Positions 40,013-50,164 of a stretch of DNA of 64,000 nt are shown piece by piece. The translations under genes were made by a program, and so were the position numbers. The DNA comes from Candidatus Obscuribacteraceae bacterium (GTDB lineage: Bacteria > Cyanobacteriota > Vampirovibrionia > Obscuribacterales > Obscuribacteraceae). The notes under the pieces are model-generated. The model made no database searches. It was not told the origin of the DNA and was given only the letters and a program-made list of their open reading frames with translations. The stretch covers positions 480,001-544,000 of the forward strand of contig JBGAHS010000003.1 of NCBI GenBank assembly GCA_044226015.1, given 5' to 3'. Position 1 is the stretch's first letter. Every line of letters begins with the position of its first letter.

Positions 40013-41969
40013 TTGACAAATCGCCTGGCTTTAGCGACTTCACTTGCTTAGCTGGAAGCGTAAACCAGAAGACACTGCCTTCGCCAACAACGCTTTCAAA
40101 CCCGATGGTTCCGGCATGTTCTTTGATGATTGCCTTAGAAATAGCAAGACCAAGGCCAGTGCCGCCTTGTTGCCGTGTGTCAGAAGAGTCAAGCTGCTGA
40201 AAGCGTCCAAAAAGCTTATGCGCCTGGCTTTCTGGAATTCCGCTGCCATGATCTTTAACAGAAAATTTGAGTCCTTCATCAATTTCGGAAAGCTGCAGAG
40301 TAACAGTTTCTCCCTCTGGCGAGAACTTGATCGCATTTGAAATCAAGTTATGCAGAACTTGAATTATGCGATCTTTGTCGCAATGCAAAGTTCCTGAAGC
40401 GATCATCGTGTCATTTTTCAACTCGATGCCAAACTCCTTTGCCATTCCATCGATGCCTTCAAGTGCGTCATTTAGAACGTTGATTGCCTCCACGTCATCA
40501 AAACGCAATTCAAGTTTCCCTGCCTCAATTTTCTTGAGATCGAGAATATCATTTACGATACGAATAAGCCGCTCTGTTTCTGTTGTAGCAACATTCACCA
40601 GCGCCAATGCATCATCCGAGACATCACCGGCGATTCCTCCTTCAATGAGGCGCAGAGCGCCTTTTATCGAAGTAAGGGGAGTTCTCAATTCATGCGAAAC
40701 GGTCGAAATAAATTCATTGATACGCTGCTCAGCTTCTTTGCGGGCAGAAATGTCTTGCATAAAGGCGCTAAGCATAATTTTGCCTTCGGATTTGACCTCA
40801 AAGGGAATGCACTCTCCTGGAAATTCAGTGCCGTCTTTGCGAACCATTTGAATTTCGAGCGTCTGGTTCAGCTGCTTGTTAGTGCCAGTTGTCTTGTATT
40901 GATTTACGTTCGCGAGATGAATCTCACGCTCTGAAGGTGCCACCGTAAAATCGAATTTCTTCCCAATCACTTCGTCTCGAGTCCAGCCGAAAAGTCGCTC
41001 AGCCGCTTTGTTCCATTCAATAATGTTTCCCTCCACATCAATCATCGAGAGAGCTACCGGCGAAGCGTCCAATATCGCCTTTGAACTTTGCGCACTGCTG
41101 ATAGCGTCTTCTTGAGCACGAATTCGTTCTTTCTCAGCATGGTCTAGCCAGCCCGCCACACTCCATATTGCGCCGGCGATGCAGCATATTACGAAAAGCG
41201 CGACCAGAGCCGTTCCCAGTGCCACATCATATAGACCACTTTGAAGTCCCAGCAAGAAAATTTTTCCAGAAATCAGCGGCACAAAAATTGCCGGCACAAG
41301 AAAATGTCTCACGAACTTGCCACTCGCGCCCTCTTCACTCAGGACACTAATCATGCCCTTATCAGGCTCCAGAAAGAGAAACGCCCAGGACATCAGTAGC
41401 CCTGCTAGAGCAGAAGGAGTTGCCATCTGAATCAGCGTGCTGATACGCATCAATGAAGGTACTTCAAAGTAATGCGCAGTCAATGCGGTTAGGCACAAAA
41501 CATTGGCAAAAAGCATCAAGAAATCAATTACGCGCTGCTGCTTTGAGCGATTCATGAACATGCAAGAATCAACAATCAAGAACGAGAAGAGAATCGTTGG
41601 AGACATTCGATTTGGACCAAATAACCCCATGCCGGAACCGTTGAAAAATTGATCGAGGTCGAAGGTGCCAATCACATAGTGAGCACAAATGGCACTACAG
41701 ACGAGAATAGAGGCAGCAGAACTACATTTTGCTAGCGACTCTTTTTTGACCCGCATAAAAATTAGCGCCAGCGCGGTCAAAATGAAACACAGTCCTGTAC
41801 TGAAAGCAACGGGTGTTTCGTTAGGAAAGGGATTTTTGAAAAACTCGATTTGCAGTCCCCATCCGAGCAAAACTAAAACCCCCTCGACCAGCACCAAAGT
41901 GGACATTGCTGGCGCCAGGGATAGAATAATTTCCGCTACTGTGATCTTACTTTTCACACCACAAATCAA
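40002..41969 (-). CDS. Membrane PAS sensor histidine kinase
   Basis: TM region, PAS domain, HELRTPL, NAIKF, DHGSGI, GGTGLGL; start uncertain. Confidence 0.92.
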   Translation of the reverse strand: MICGVKSKITVAEIILSLAPAMSTLVLVEGVLVLLGWGLQIEFFKNPFPNETPVAFSTGLCFILTALALIFMRVKKESLAKCSSAASILVCSAICAHYVIGTFDLDQFFNGSGMGLFGPNRMSPTILFSFLIVDSCMFMNRSKQQRVIDFLMLFANVLCLTALTAHYFEVPSLMRISTLIQMATPSALAGLLMSWAFLFLEPDKGMISVLSEEGASGKFVRHFLVPAIFVPLISGKIFLLGLQSGLYDVALGTALVALFVICCIAGAIWSVAGWLDHAEKERIRAQEDAISSAQSSKAILDASPVALSMIDVEGNIIEWNKAAERLFGWTRDEVIGKKFDFTVAPSEREIHLANVNQYKTTGTNKQLNQTLEIQMVRKDGTEFPGECIPFEVKSEGKIMLSAFMQDISARKEAEQRINEFISTVSHELRTPLTSIKGALRLIEGGIAGDVSDDALALVNVATTETERLIRIVNDILDLKKIEAGKLELRFDDVEAINVLNDALEGIDGMAKEFGIELKNDTMIASGTLHCDKDRIIQVLHNLISNAIKFSPEGETVTLQLSEIDEGLKFSVKDHGSGIPESQAHKLFGRFQQLDSSDTRQQGGTGLGLAISKAIIKEHAGTIGFESVVGEGSVFWFTLPAKQVKSLKPGDLSIRT

Positions 41970-42019
41970 ACGCTCTGAAAATCAATTATTCCAGAATTTG
42001 ACTCAAAAGCACAGAGTTA

Positions 42020-42036
42020 TACTATGTGCTTTAGTA
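42020..42036. repeat. TACTAY-N5-RTAGTA family palindrome (TACTAT GTGCT TTAGTA; extends to GTTATACTA/TAGTATAAC 42016-42040)
   Basis: Beyond the htpX terminator. Confidence 0.75.
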
Positions 42037-42040
42037 TAAC

Positions 42041-42103
42041 AAAAGCGAAAAACAAGTCCACAGAACTGATTGATGCTTTCGCACCAATCAGCCTGTGAAC
42101 TTG
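42041..42103 (-). terminator. Long terminator with GAAA loop (second hairpin 42104-42144)
   Basis: CAAG..CACAG..CTGATTG.TGC/GCA.CAATCAG.CTGTG..CTTG, A-rich on the plus strand. Confidence 0.7.
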
Positions 42104-42151
42104 CCGGTTTAATCAAGCCAGTTTGACTTGTTCAGCCAAACCGGAGATTGA

Positions 42152-43189
42152 TTAGACCTTCGGCAGCGGGCAGGGTCCGCCGTTCATGCGCTCGAGCTGA
42201 TACACGCGGTCAGCAACCGGGGGGTGGGTCAGCTGGAGGTACTTCCAGAACGCGACGAGCTTCTGCCAGAGCGACTTCGGAGCCGGCTCTTCCGCGATGG
42301 CGTCGAAGATCGGATCGATGGTCATGCAGACGCGCATGACACGATACGCTTCAGCATCACGCCCCTTCGGACGGTGCTTCTCGACGTAAGCGACGAGCTT
42401 GAGCAGACCGCTGGCCAGGGCGCAGGGGTTGCCGGTGAAGTGCGCACCCGTGGCGTCGGCGCCGGATTCACGCGAACGGACCACGAACATCTGGATGAGC
42501 TTGGTCATCTGCTGGGTCGCCCAGAAGATGACGTACATCAGGATGTTCGAGACGATGGCCGGCAGCACGCGCTGTTCGACACGAATGCCGAGCAGACGCT
42601 TGAACCAGCTCAGCGTGCCGATCCACGCGCGAACACCACTGTCCACGACGATGAAGAAGAACGACGACATGATCGAGATGAGCGAGTTGATGCCGACGTC
42701 GTAGTTGGCGACGTGGCCCAGCTCATGCGCGAAAACAGCCTCGATCTCTTCGTCGGTCATACCGCACTCGAAGAGTCCGGCGGTGGCGGCGACGACAGCC
42801 TTGCGGTGAATCGGGCCCGTGGCGAAAGCGTTCGGCAGCGGGTTGTCCGAGATGTAGACCGGCGGCTTGAACTTGAGCCCCGACTTCTTCCACACGCGGT
42901 CGACGATCTCCAGGAGGCGAGCGTCGCGAGGGTTGTTGGGGTCGGCGGGGGTGCACTTCATGATGTACAGCGAGATCTTGTCGCTGAACCACCAGCCGGC
43001 GACGGTGAGAAGCGGGTAGGCGACCCAGAAGCCGAGCTTGAACTCGAACGACGACTGGAACAGGTAGAGGGCAGCGGTGATGAGGCCGCCCATCATGAGG
43101 AAGCCAGCCAGGGTCATGGCCCAGGTCTCCAGGCGTCGACGACCGATGCCAGGAAGCTCCTCAAAGGGGGTTACGCGATGACGAGACAT
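42152..43189 (-). CDS. htpX: Zinc metalloprotease HtpX (M48); GC-rich cassette gene
   Basis: PNAFATG, AVFAHELGH, SRE..AD, THPP...R; GAGGAG RBS. Confidence 0.88.
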   Translation of the reverse strand: MSRHRVTPFEELPGIGRRRLETWAMTLAGFLMMGGLITAALYLFQSSFEFKLGFWVAYPLLTVAGWWFSDKISLYIMKCTPADPNNPRDARLLEIVDRVWKKSGLKFKPPVYISDNPLPNAFATGPIHRKAVVAATAGLFECGMTDEEIEAVFAHELGHVANYDVGINSLISIMSSFFFIVVDSGVRAWIGTLSWFKRLLGIRVEQRVLPAIVSNILMYVIFWATQQMTKLIQMFVVRSRESGADATGAHFTGNPCALASGLLKLVAYVEKHRPKGRDAEAYRVMRVCMTIDPIFDAIAEEPAPKSLWQKLVAFWKYLQLTHPPVADRVYQLERMNGGPCPLPKV

Positions 43190-43388
43190 AACAAATCTCC
43201 TCTTGTTGGTTGAGAGAACGTCTGCAAAACAGGTGCAAGACGCGAAGAAACAACTCAAGTCCACCCAACACAAAAGCCTGTCTTCCGCTACACAGCGAAC
43301 CGCTGAGTATTTAGAGCTAGAGAGACAGGTGCTTGAATGTTTTTACTGAGACGGTGTGTTCAGAAGGTGGATAGAGAGTAACGCCCAC

Positions 43389-43418
43389 ACCCTAGTACGC
43401 CCTGCTCTTGATAAGCAA
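43389..43418 (-). promoter_or_regulatory. Cassette-type promoter TTGCTT-N18-TAGGGT
   Basis: Family -10 and spacing. Confidence 0.65.
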
Positions 43419-43738
43419 GGGTGTGCGGACCTGCCCGCTTACCCCAGGGATAGAAATTGCTAATCTGGCATGGAATATCTAGCGAAACTGAGCCACTGCG
43501 GCGTCCTGCAATCTTTGCTTACATGTTGCCAAGATAGCGCTAACCTCGCTCTTCCTCTCAGGATCAAGCTTTTTGAGAGCCACTTAAGCAAAAAAATATC
43601 ACTAGGTCCCCTACGGGTCCTTCGCAGCCGGCCCCAGGTCAGGGGTCGCGACAGCAGACAAACGCGATCCTTCGATGCCGGCAGGATGATTTGCCCCGAG
43701 ATCCGATGTCGAAGGGAACGAATATCAGGAGCGAGTAA

Positions 43739-44215
43739 CTAGCAGGACGGCGCTTGAATCTTGGAGACAACATTACTGGTGCTGCGACCAGGCACTAGTT
43801 GCAGAATTACAACCTCTCCACCAAAAGACCGAACAACCGGTGTCTCCTGCAAGTCTTCAGGCTTATAGTCCGCACCCTTAACGTGAATATTGGGCTTAAG
43901 CTCTTTCAGAAACTCAACCGGTGTGTCCTCGTCGAAAATCGTGACATAATCTACCGCCGAAAGAGCTGCCAGAAGTTCAGCACGATCATCTTGCATGTTG
44001 ATAGGTCGCGAAGGTCCCTTCAATTTTGCGACTGAAGAATCGCTGTTCAATCCAACGACAAGCACATCACCCAGAGCCCGAGACTCCGCTAAAATTCGCG
44101 AGTGCCCGACATGCAAAATGTCGAAACAACCGTTAGTACTTACTACCTTTTTGCCCTCGGCTCTGAGTTTTTCACCGAGGGCATTCAGTTCATCCCGCCC
44201 TACGACAGTTCCCAT
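43739..44215 (-). CDS. rfaE2: D-glycero-beta-D-manno-heptose 1-phosphate adenylyltransferase
   Basis: TNGCFDILHVGH, GLNSDSSV..LKG..RP, KGADY, STS. Confidence 0.9.
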   Translation of the reverse strand: MGTVVGRDELNALGEKLRAEGKKVVSTNGCFDILHVGHSRILAESRALGDVLVVGLNSDSSVAKLKGPSRPINMQDDRAELLAALSAVDYVTIFDEDTPVEFLKELKPNIHVKGADYKPEDLQETPVVRSFGGEVVILQLVPGRSTSNVVSKIQAPSC

Positions 44216-44217
44216 TC

Positions 44218-45414
44218 TTACTGAGTCTTGCCTTTCTTACCCTGGAGAAACACCAGCCGCTGACGAGCATCTTCACTGTACTCGGAATCGCTGGAGATCT
44301 TCAAAGATTCTTTGAACTGCTCAGCTGCTTCTTCCATCTTGTGCTTGCGCTCAAGAATCAGACCCATGCGGTAGTATGCTTCACCGAGCCTGTAGTCATT
44401 TTTCACTGCAAGTCTGTAAGAACCGAGCGCCTTGTCGTAATCTTTATCGATTTCGTAGGCAGTTCCAAGATTGTAGTGGGCTGTAGCGAGCTTCTGGTCA
44501 AGCGAAACAGCGGTCTGCCAGTTCTTGATTGCGCCTTGCAAATCATGCTCGGCTCTGAGAGCAGCACCAATGCCATTATATGTGATGGCATCTTTAGGAT
44601 TGATAGCCAGTGCCTTTCTGAACTCAGAAAGTGCCTGTGCATAGTTATGTTGTTGGTTGAAAATCAGACCAAGGTTGCTGTGAGCTTCAGCCAGATTAGC
44701 GTTTACTTCAAGCGCTTCCTTGTACGCAGAAATTGCATCATTGAGCTTTCCACTAAGATGCAATTGAACAGCCTTGTTATATCGCTTGACGGACTCGAGC
44801 TTAGCGTTTACGACTTTTCCGTCTTCTAATTTTACGGTTCCATTTTCGCCCGGAGTAACGCTCGTGGTGTTATCAGCAGTGGCATTCTCTTTGTCTGGTT
44901 TCGGACTGTCGACTGCTGGCGCTGGGTCAGCATCTTGCAGGCTAGCCACTGGAATGGGCTGATCGGAGAATCCGACCACTACAACACCCTCTTCAAGTTT
45001 CACCACACGTGGTTTCACTTTAACTTCTTCTGGAAGCGCTAAAACGATGCGTGCAGTAGGCTTGGGGGCATTCTCAAGCTCTTGGTAGCGAACTGCCTTA
45101 ACGAAAGGAATCGCTTTCGAAATCATTTTTGTCAGCTCTTCCGGAGATGCAACAGTACCCTTGTCGAGCTTTGCGTCTCCAAGGTCAATGACTACGCGGT
45201 GATTGGGACCTGGTACATCAAGCACCATCGGTGTAGTCGGAAAAGACTTGGCAGCGAATTCGATGACAATTTCTTGACCAGCCCCTGCAGAAATCTTTTT
45301 AATTGGTAACACAGTTCCGTCTGCAGCCAGAACGGCTTGAGCAGCCAAAAGAGTTGTCATGCTGGCAAGCGTTGTTTTAATTGTCTTTTTAATTGCCTTT
45401 CGGTTCATGGTCAA
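44218..45414 (-). CDS. Secreted AMIN-like plus TPR protein
   Basis: Signal peptide; P..RVVIDL and ARIVL (AMIN-like); C-terminal TPRs. Confidence 0.8.
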   Translation of the reverse strand: MTMNRKAIKKTIKTTLASMTTLLAAQAVLAADGTVLPIKKISAGAGQEIVIEFAAKSFPTTPMVLDVPGPNHRVVIDLGDAKLDKGTVASPEELTKMISKAIPFVKAVRYQELENAPKPTARIVLALPEEVKVKPRVVKLEEGVVVVGFSDQPIPVASLQDADPAPAVDSPKPDKENATADNTTSVTPGENGTVKLEDGKVVNAKLESVKRYNKAVQLHLSGKLNDAISAYKEALEVNANLAEAHSNLGLIFNQQHNYAQALSEFRKALAINPKDAITYNGIGAALRAEHDLQGAIKNWQTAVSLDQKLATAHYNLGTAYEIDKDYDKALGSYRLAVKNDYRLGEAYYRMGLILERKHKMEEAAEQFKESLKISSDSEYSEDARQRLVFLQGKKGKTQ

Positions 45415-45715
45415 AGTTACTCCTAACAGTGCATCTGGAAAGCTTTTAAGATTCCAATCAAATTTCCAAATATGAAGCCGAATCTCTCAAAGTCGCTTGA
45501 CTACTGCGAGTCGGCCCGCTGACACATAGGAAAGTTTACCTGCTTAATGGCAACCTTACACGGCCAACCTTTTAAGATTGCGATTAAACCTGCTCCCTTT
45601 TTCGGCGAAACCATCGTATTATTGTTGGAGATATCCCCGCATCAATTCTTGAAAACCGGTGCCAGGAATTTACCTTTAGCTCTCATCACTTTCCTAGAGA
45701 AAGGAACTTACTAAA

Positions 45716-46138
45716 ATGATTCGCAGACTGCTTACCCTAACGTTTACCGCACTGTCTCTTTGTTGTGCCAACGGAGCAATTGCTGCGGGCATCACTTATC
45801 CGGAAGCCCCGGGTCCAAACCCAGATCACTTGATCACACCGCCTTCGGAAAATCCATACTTCTATGTCCGACCAGATGGTCAGGCATATACGCTGCAAAT
45901 CGACAGCACAAATAACCTGACTGATTACCTAAACCGTCATTACTATGATTACAAGTGGCGCGGTCAACAGTGGTCTCCGTGGGACACAGTATCAAACGTA
46001 GAAAAGCTGGCTCGAGCCAGCGTCCTCTGGCCAGAATACAACGAAGCTAACCAATGGCATTTGTTCAACGGCTGGAACCAAGCGTGGGAAAGATATTCCG
46101 GTTTTGGACCAGGACCAGCTCGTGGTGGTCTTCCATAA
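45716..46138 (+). CDS. Secreted hypothetical protein
   Basis: Signal peptide; AAGGA RBS. Confidence 0.7.
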   Translation: MIRRLLTLTFTALSLCCANGAIAAGITYPEAPGPNPDHLITPPSENPYFYVRPDGQAYTLQIDSTNNLTDYLNRHYYDYKWRGQQWSPWDTVSNVEKLARASVLWPEYNEANQWHLFNGWNQAWERYSGFGPGPARGGLP

Positions 46139-46147
46139 ACTGAAGCC

Positions 46148-46558
46148 TTGAAACGATTAGATCATATCGCCATTGCAGTCCCGAACCTGGAAGAAGCGCT
46201 CAACTTCTATCAGAAGTCTCTGGGACTGCCTTGCATTTCTATAGAAACTGTCGAAGAACAAGGTGTGCGCGTAGCTAAGCTGGACACCGGCAATACACAC
46301 ATTGAGTTGCTTGAACCCATATCAGCCGATAGCCCGGTCGGCAAATTCATTGCTAACAAGGGTCCCGGACTACATCACATTTGCATGGGTGTTGATGATA
46401 TCCATGGCGAACTGGCGACAATGAAATCTGCCCAGGTCAAACTCATCAATGACGAGCCCAAAATCGGCGCAGGTGGGGCTGAAATTGCATTCGTTCATCC
46501 GAAATCAACAGGCGGAGTTCTGCTCGAGTTGTCAACCGGCGAAAAAGGCCGGCACTAA
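46148..46558 (+). CDS. mce: Methylmalonyl-CoA epimerase (VOC family)
   Basis: DHIAIAV, EQGV, IELLEP, GLHHI, FVHPKSTGGVLLEL. Confidence 0.88.
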   Translation: MKRLDHIAIAVPNLEEALNFYQKSLGLPCISIETVEEQGVRVAKLDTGNTHIELLEPISADSPVGKFIANKGPGLHHICMGVDDIHGELATMKSAQVKLINDEPKIGAGGAEIAFVHPKSTGGVLLELSTGEKGRH

Positions 46559-46665
46559 ACAAACAATCATTAAGTAGAAAATTGAACTATTGTGATCATC
46601 CGGCGTTCCGGCTGACCAATGTTGTAGTCTGTCAGGAATTCCTATGACAGACGGAGTCGTCGCAC

Positions 46666-47733
46666 ATGCCAGTTATGACAGAAATGAACAGTATTGAAAA
46701 AGCACTCGGAGACAAGGCTAAATATTACCTTGAACACAACAGCAAGACCGTTTCCAAAGACCTTCTGCATTTGCCAGGAGCTGACTTTGTAGACAGAGTG
46801 GTCTCTCAGTCTGACAGAAATCCGCGTGTATTGATGAGCCTGCAAACCCTCTTCAATTCAGGACGCCTCGCAGGCACCGGCTATCTCTCAATTCTTCCAG
46901 TTGACCAGGGCATCGAGCACTCTGGTGGTGCTTCTTTCGCTAAAAACCCAATTTACTTTGATGGAGAAAACATCGTCAAGCTCGCCATCGAAGGCGGATG
47001 TAACGCAGTTGCTTCAACCTTCGGCGTTCTTGGATCGGTCGCGCGTAAATACGCTCACAAAATTCCTTTCATCGCTAAGTTGAACCACAATGAGTTCCTG
47101 ACCTACCCAAACAAGTTCGATCAGATTCCTTTCGGAAGCGTTCGTGAAGCATGGGAAATGGGTGCAGTAGCTGTTGGAGCAACAATCTACTTTGGTTCAC
47201 CAGAGTCAACACGTCAGATTCAAGAAATCGCTAAGGCGTTCCATGAAGCTCATGAACTCGGAATGGCAACAGTTCTCTGGTGCTATCTTCGTAACGGCTC
47301 GTTCAAAGTTGGCGATACCGACTACCATGTCGCCGCTGACCTGACCGGCCAAGCTAACCACCTCGGCGTCACCCTCGAAGCTGACATCATCAAACAGAAG
47401 CTTCCAGAAAACAATGGCGGCTTCAATGCACTGAAGTTTGGAAAGACCGACGCACGCGTTTACTCTGAACTTACAACAGACCACCCAATCGACTTGACCC
47501 GCTACCAGGTAATTAACTGCTACATGGGACGCGCTGGCTTGATTAACTCTGGTGGCGCATCTGGTAGCAACGACCTCAATGAAGCAGTAACCACGGCTGT
47601 AATCAACAAGAGAGCTGGCGGAATGGGCTTAATTTCAGGACGTAAGGCTTTCCAAAAACCAATGAAAGATGGAATCAGCCTGCTAAACGCAATTCAAGAT
47701 GTTTACCTCTGCGACGAAGTAACCATCGCGTAA
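46666..47733 (+). CDS. fbaB: Class I fructose-bisphosphate aldolase
   Basis: [43 protein letters not shown]. Confidence 0.95.
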   Translation: MPVMTEMNSIEKALGDKAKYYLEHNSKTVSKDLLHLPGADFVDRVVSQSDRNPRVLMSLQTLFNSGRLAGTGYLSILPVDQGIEHSGGASFAKNPIYFDGENIVKLAIEGGCNAVASTFGVLGSVARKYAHKIPFIAKLNHNEFLTYPNKFDQIPFGSVREAWEMGAVAVGATIYFGSPESTRQIQEIAKAFHEAHELGMATVLWCYLRNGSFKVGDTDYHVAADLTGQANHLGVTLEADIIKQKLPENNGGFNALKFGKTDARVYSELTTDHPIDLTRYQVINCYMGRAGLINSGGASGSNDLNEAVTTAVINKRAGGMGLISGRKAFQKPMKDGISLLNAIQDVYLCDEVTIA

Positions 47734-47756
47734 GCCTGATAATAACCGGCATTCAT

Positions 47757-47787
47757 AAAAGAGCAGGAATTCGTTCCTGCTCTTTTT
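47757..47787. terminator. Bidirectional terminator
   Basis: AAAAGAGCAGGAA-TTCG-TTCCTGCTCTTTT. Confidence 0.85.
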
Positions 47788-47991
47788 CAATGAACACTGT
47801 CTTTGTTCTTTCATCAATTAGATGAGGTAATTCAAAAAAGACAGAGCCAAAATGACAACAGTCATGAAGCTTTTGGGGATCAATCTTGCGATTACTTTAT
47901 CAGAAACAGAAAGTCCACCCAAAATGGATGGACTACAATTCGAGCAATTTGCCAGAACCAATGAAAGTTAATTTGTGCGGAGATAGTAAGT

Positions 47992-48168
47992 TTAACGCTT
48001 GATGGAATCTGGCTTCCAGGTAACTACACATACACCAGAGGCGCAGTCTAAATTTTTACCTGTAACCTTTTCCGATTGATCTAAATTGCCACCACTTCTG
48101 GTGTTAGCTTGAGTTTGCAGTTTATCGCTCATTTCGTTAAGCTCTGATTTGCTGCGCTTCTGCTTCAT
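47992..48168 (-). CDS. 58-aa protein with CASGVCVVTWKP motif (below ORF-track cutoff)
   Basis: Manual translation MKQKRSK...LDCASGVCVVTWKPDSIKR; upstream GGAG/GGGA. Confidence 0.55.
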   Translation of the reverse strand: MKQKRSKSELNEMSDKLQTQANTRSGGNLDQSEKVTGKNLDCASGVCVVTWKPDSIKR

Positions 48169-48514
48169 ATTAGTTCCCGAGTCTCCAACGGATATTCACC
48201 GGACATAATTATGATCTAAGTTTGTGATTTTGCACCTCTTGACTTATTTATTTTCTAAACAAATCCGCAGCGCATTTTCCGAAAAGCTATTAAAAGCAGC
48301 CACAGAAACGTAACAAGCCAATAGCTCAAGTGCATCAATTTTATATACCGATTGCAATTGAGACTAGCGTCGGAAATTGAATCATTCTATATATCCAAGT
48401 TATCAGCCCGCTGAAGCAATGTAGACAAGGGTTTTAAGAATCAAACAAAATAATAAAACCGTGCATTGCAATTCAAAGCCCGTTACAATCAAGAGAAATG
48501 TTGAGGATCATTCA

Positions 48515-49018
48515 TTGAAATCGTGTCCCTTTTGCGCAATTCAACTCAAAACCGTGGAAATCGGAGGACGCAGTCGCATAGCCTGCGCCTCATGTGATTT
48601 TGTGCACTGGAATAATCCAAAACCAGTTACTGCGACAGTCATTCCTCTTAATGGTGGCATCGTTCTGGTTCGTCGAAAGTTCGAACCATTTATCGGCGAT
48701 TGGTGCTTGCCTGGTGGTTTTATTGAAGCTGCTGAACACCCGGCAGAGTCAGCATGCCGTGAAGTCTTTGAGGAAACCGGGCTAGAGGTTCGCGTCTCGA
48801 GATTGCTTGATGCTGGTGCTCCGGGAAGGGGCATCAACGTCGTAATTATGTTCTACGAAGCGTTGCCCACTGGTGGAAAACTAATGGCTGGTGATGATGC
48901 AAGTGAAGTCGGCTGCTTTAAACAACATGAATTGCCAGCAAATATTGCTTTTGACTTACACCGACAAATTATTCAAAGCTGGTTCAAGCAAGCTTCCGAA
49001 CACGGCAGCCCACGCTGA
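48515..49018 (+). CDS. NUDIX hydrolase with N-terminal zinc ribbon
   Basis: CPFC...CASC, NPKP, GGFIE..E....ACREVFEETG, GDDA; TTG start after GAGGA. Confidence 0.9.
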   Translation: MKSCPFCAIQLKTVEIGGRSRIACASCDFVHWNNPKPVTATVIPLNGGIVLVRRKFEPFIGDWCLPGGFIEAAEHPAESACREVFEETGLEVRVSRLLDAGAPGRGINVVIMFYEALPTGGKLMAGDDASEVGCFKQHELPANIAFDLHRQIIQSWFKQASEHGSPR

Positions 49019-49024
49019 GCGCTC

Positions 49025-49930
49025 TTACCCTGCCTTTTTGACCAGATTCACATGAGCTCTTATCTCTTCACAGAGTTCGTCAAAACCCTCTAGAGCACTG
49101 GAGACCAGGTACTTCTGCTTCTTGGAGCTAATGAATACACCATCCGGATAGAGGATGCCAGCCGGGTGAATGTCGCTAATTTCATTCCAGGAAAGCAGGC
49201 GTCCTTCAGCCTTGCTAAACGCTGGTTTCATGAGCAACCCAAGCGGACTCGACTCCACCTGGTGCGGAAAACGAAAGGTCTGCGCAATTTTCCAGATAAC
49301 GGAAGCTACAAACGCTAAAGCCGCAATCGCCACTATCAGCAAGTCTTCTTTAGAGCTAGTGCCCGATTTTAACTGCGAAAAGAAAAAGCAAAAAAACAAG
49401 ATGGAAAACACAGCCTGCAAGAAGAGCTTTCCTAGCTCGAAAGCGAAGCCCATCATTGGCAAACAAAATACCTGTGCATCACCTGTGATACTACGCCCAC
49501 GATTGGGCAAACGACTGCGAATTTCATCAAGCAGCTCTTCAATCTTTCCAAACATACAGGGGAAGCTAAGTTCGCCCTCAATACACCTTATTTGATATCG
49601 CCTGAATCCAATCTTGCTACCCTGCCTCAAGGTAAGCATCTTTTCCCATTCCATACGCTCTCTTTTAAACAGAGCGATTGTGCTCAAGGCAGAATCATCA
49701 AGCACAAGCTTGAACGGAATTTGACCAAGCCCCCACATACCAAGCAGCGCCAGGGGCGCCAGAATGCAGACGGTGATTTGAACCAGCACGTGCAGATTAA
49801 AAAACTGATTTGCTAGTAGAAGCCCTGGGGCCAGCAATACCAAAATAAGCAGCACAGTCAGTTCAGCCAGCCCTCGAGCCAGAACCATTGATTTCAGCAG
49901 ATAAGTTTTGCTTTTAGCTTGACCCACCAT
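49025..49930 (-). CDS. Hypothetical membrane protein with two repeated TM-hairpin/soluble modules
   Basis: Two modules each with W..(I/M) and EL..EIR. Confidence 0.65.
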   Translation of the reverse strand: MVGQAKSKTYLLKSMVLARGLAELTVLLILVLLAPGLLLANQFFNLHVLVQITVCILAPLALLGMWGLGQIPFKLVLDDSALSTIALFKRERMEWEKMLTLRQGSKIGFRRYQIRCIEGELSFPCMFGKIEELLDEIRSRLPNRGRSITGDAQVFCLPMMGFAFELGKLFLQAVFSILFFCFFFSQLKSGTSSKEDLLIVAIAALAFVASVIWKIAQTFRFPHQVESSPLGLLMKPAFSKAEGRLLSWNEISDIHPAGILYPDGVFISSKKQKYLVSSALEGFDELCEEIRAHVNLVKKAG

Positions 49931-50164
49931 TCGATTTTCCCATGATTGCTTTTACCAGCCAAGTTAGAGCAAAAGCGATAGACTATATGACTATCGTTAA
50001 GGAATTCTGCCTCTGGGCAGCTAATCCTGACCGCTTGCCCATGAATTTTCAATAAGCGGGCTAATTGCAACGACTTTTCCGTAAAGCTCAAAATAGGTAA
50101 AACGTCAAACTTAAACCTGCCTAACGTTTCATCTAATATCCCTTGCCCTACGCAGGACAAAACC

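Noticed and set aside
1727..42036. Palindromes as integron attC, Xer dif or IS ends
   Set aside because: No RYYYAAC/GTTRRRY boxes, no 11-6-11 XerC/D arms, and no transposase, integrase or target duplications seen.
43633..43661. CCAGGTCAGG...AGCAG resembling SRP RNA domain IV
   Set aside because: The 3-bp stem with GNRA tetraloop cannot form (9-nt GGTCGCGAC) and the flanking helix is mismatched.
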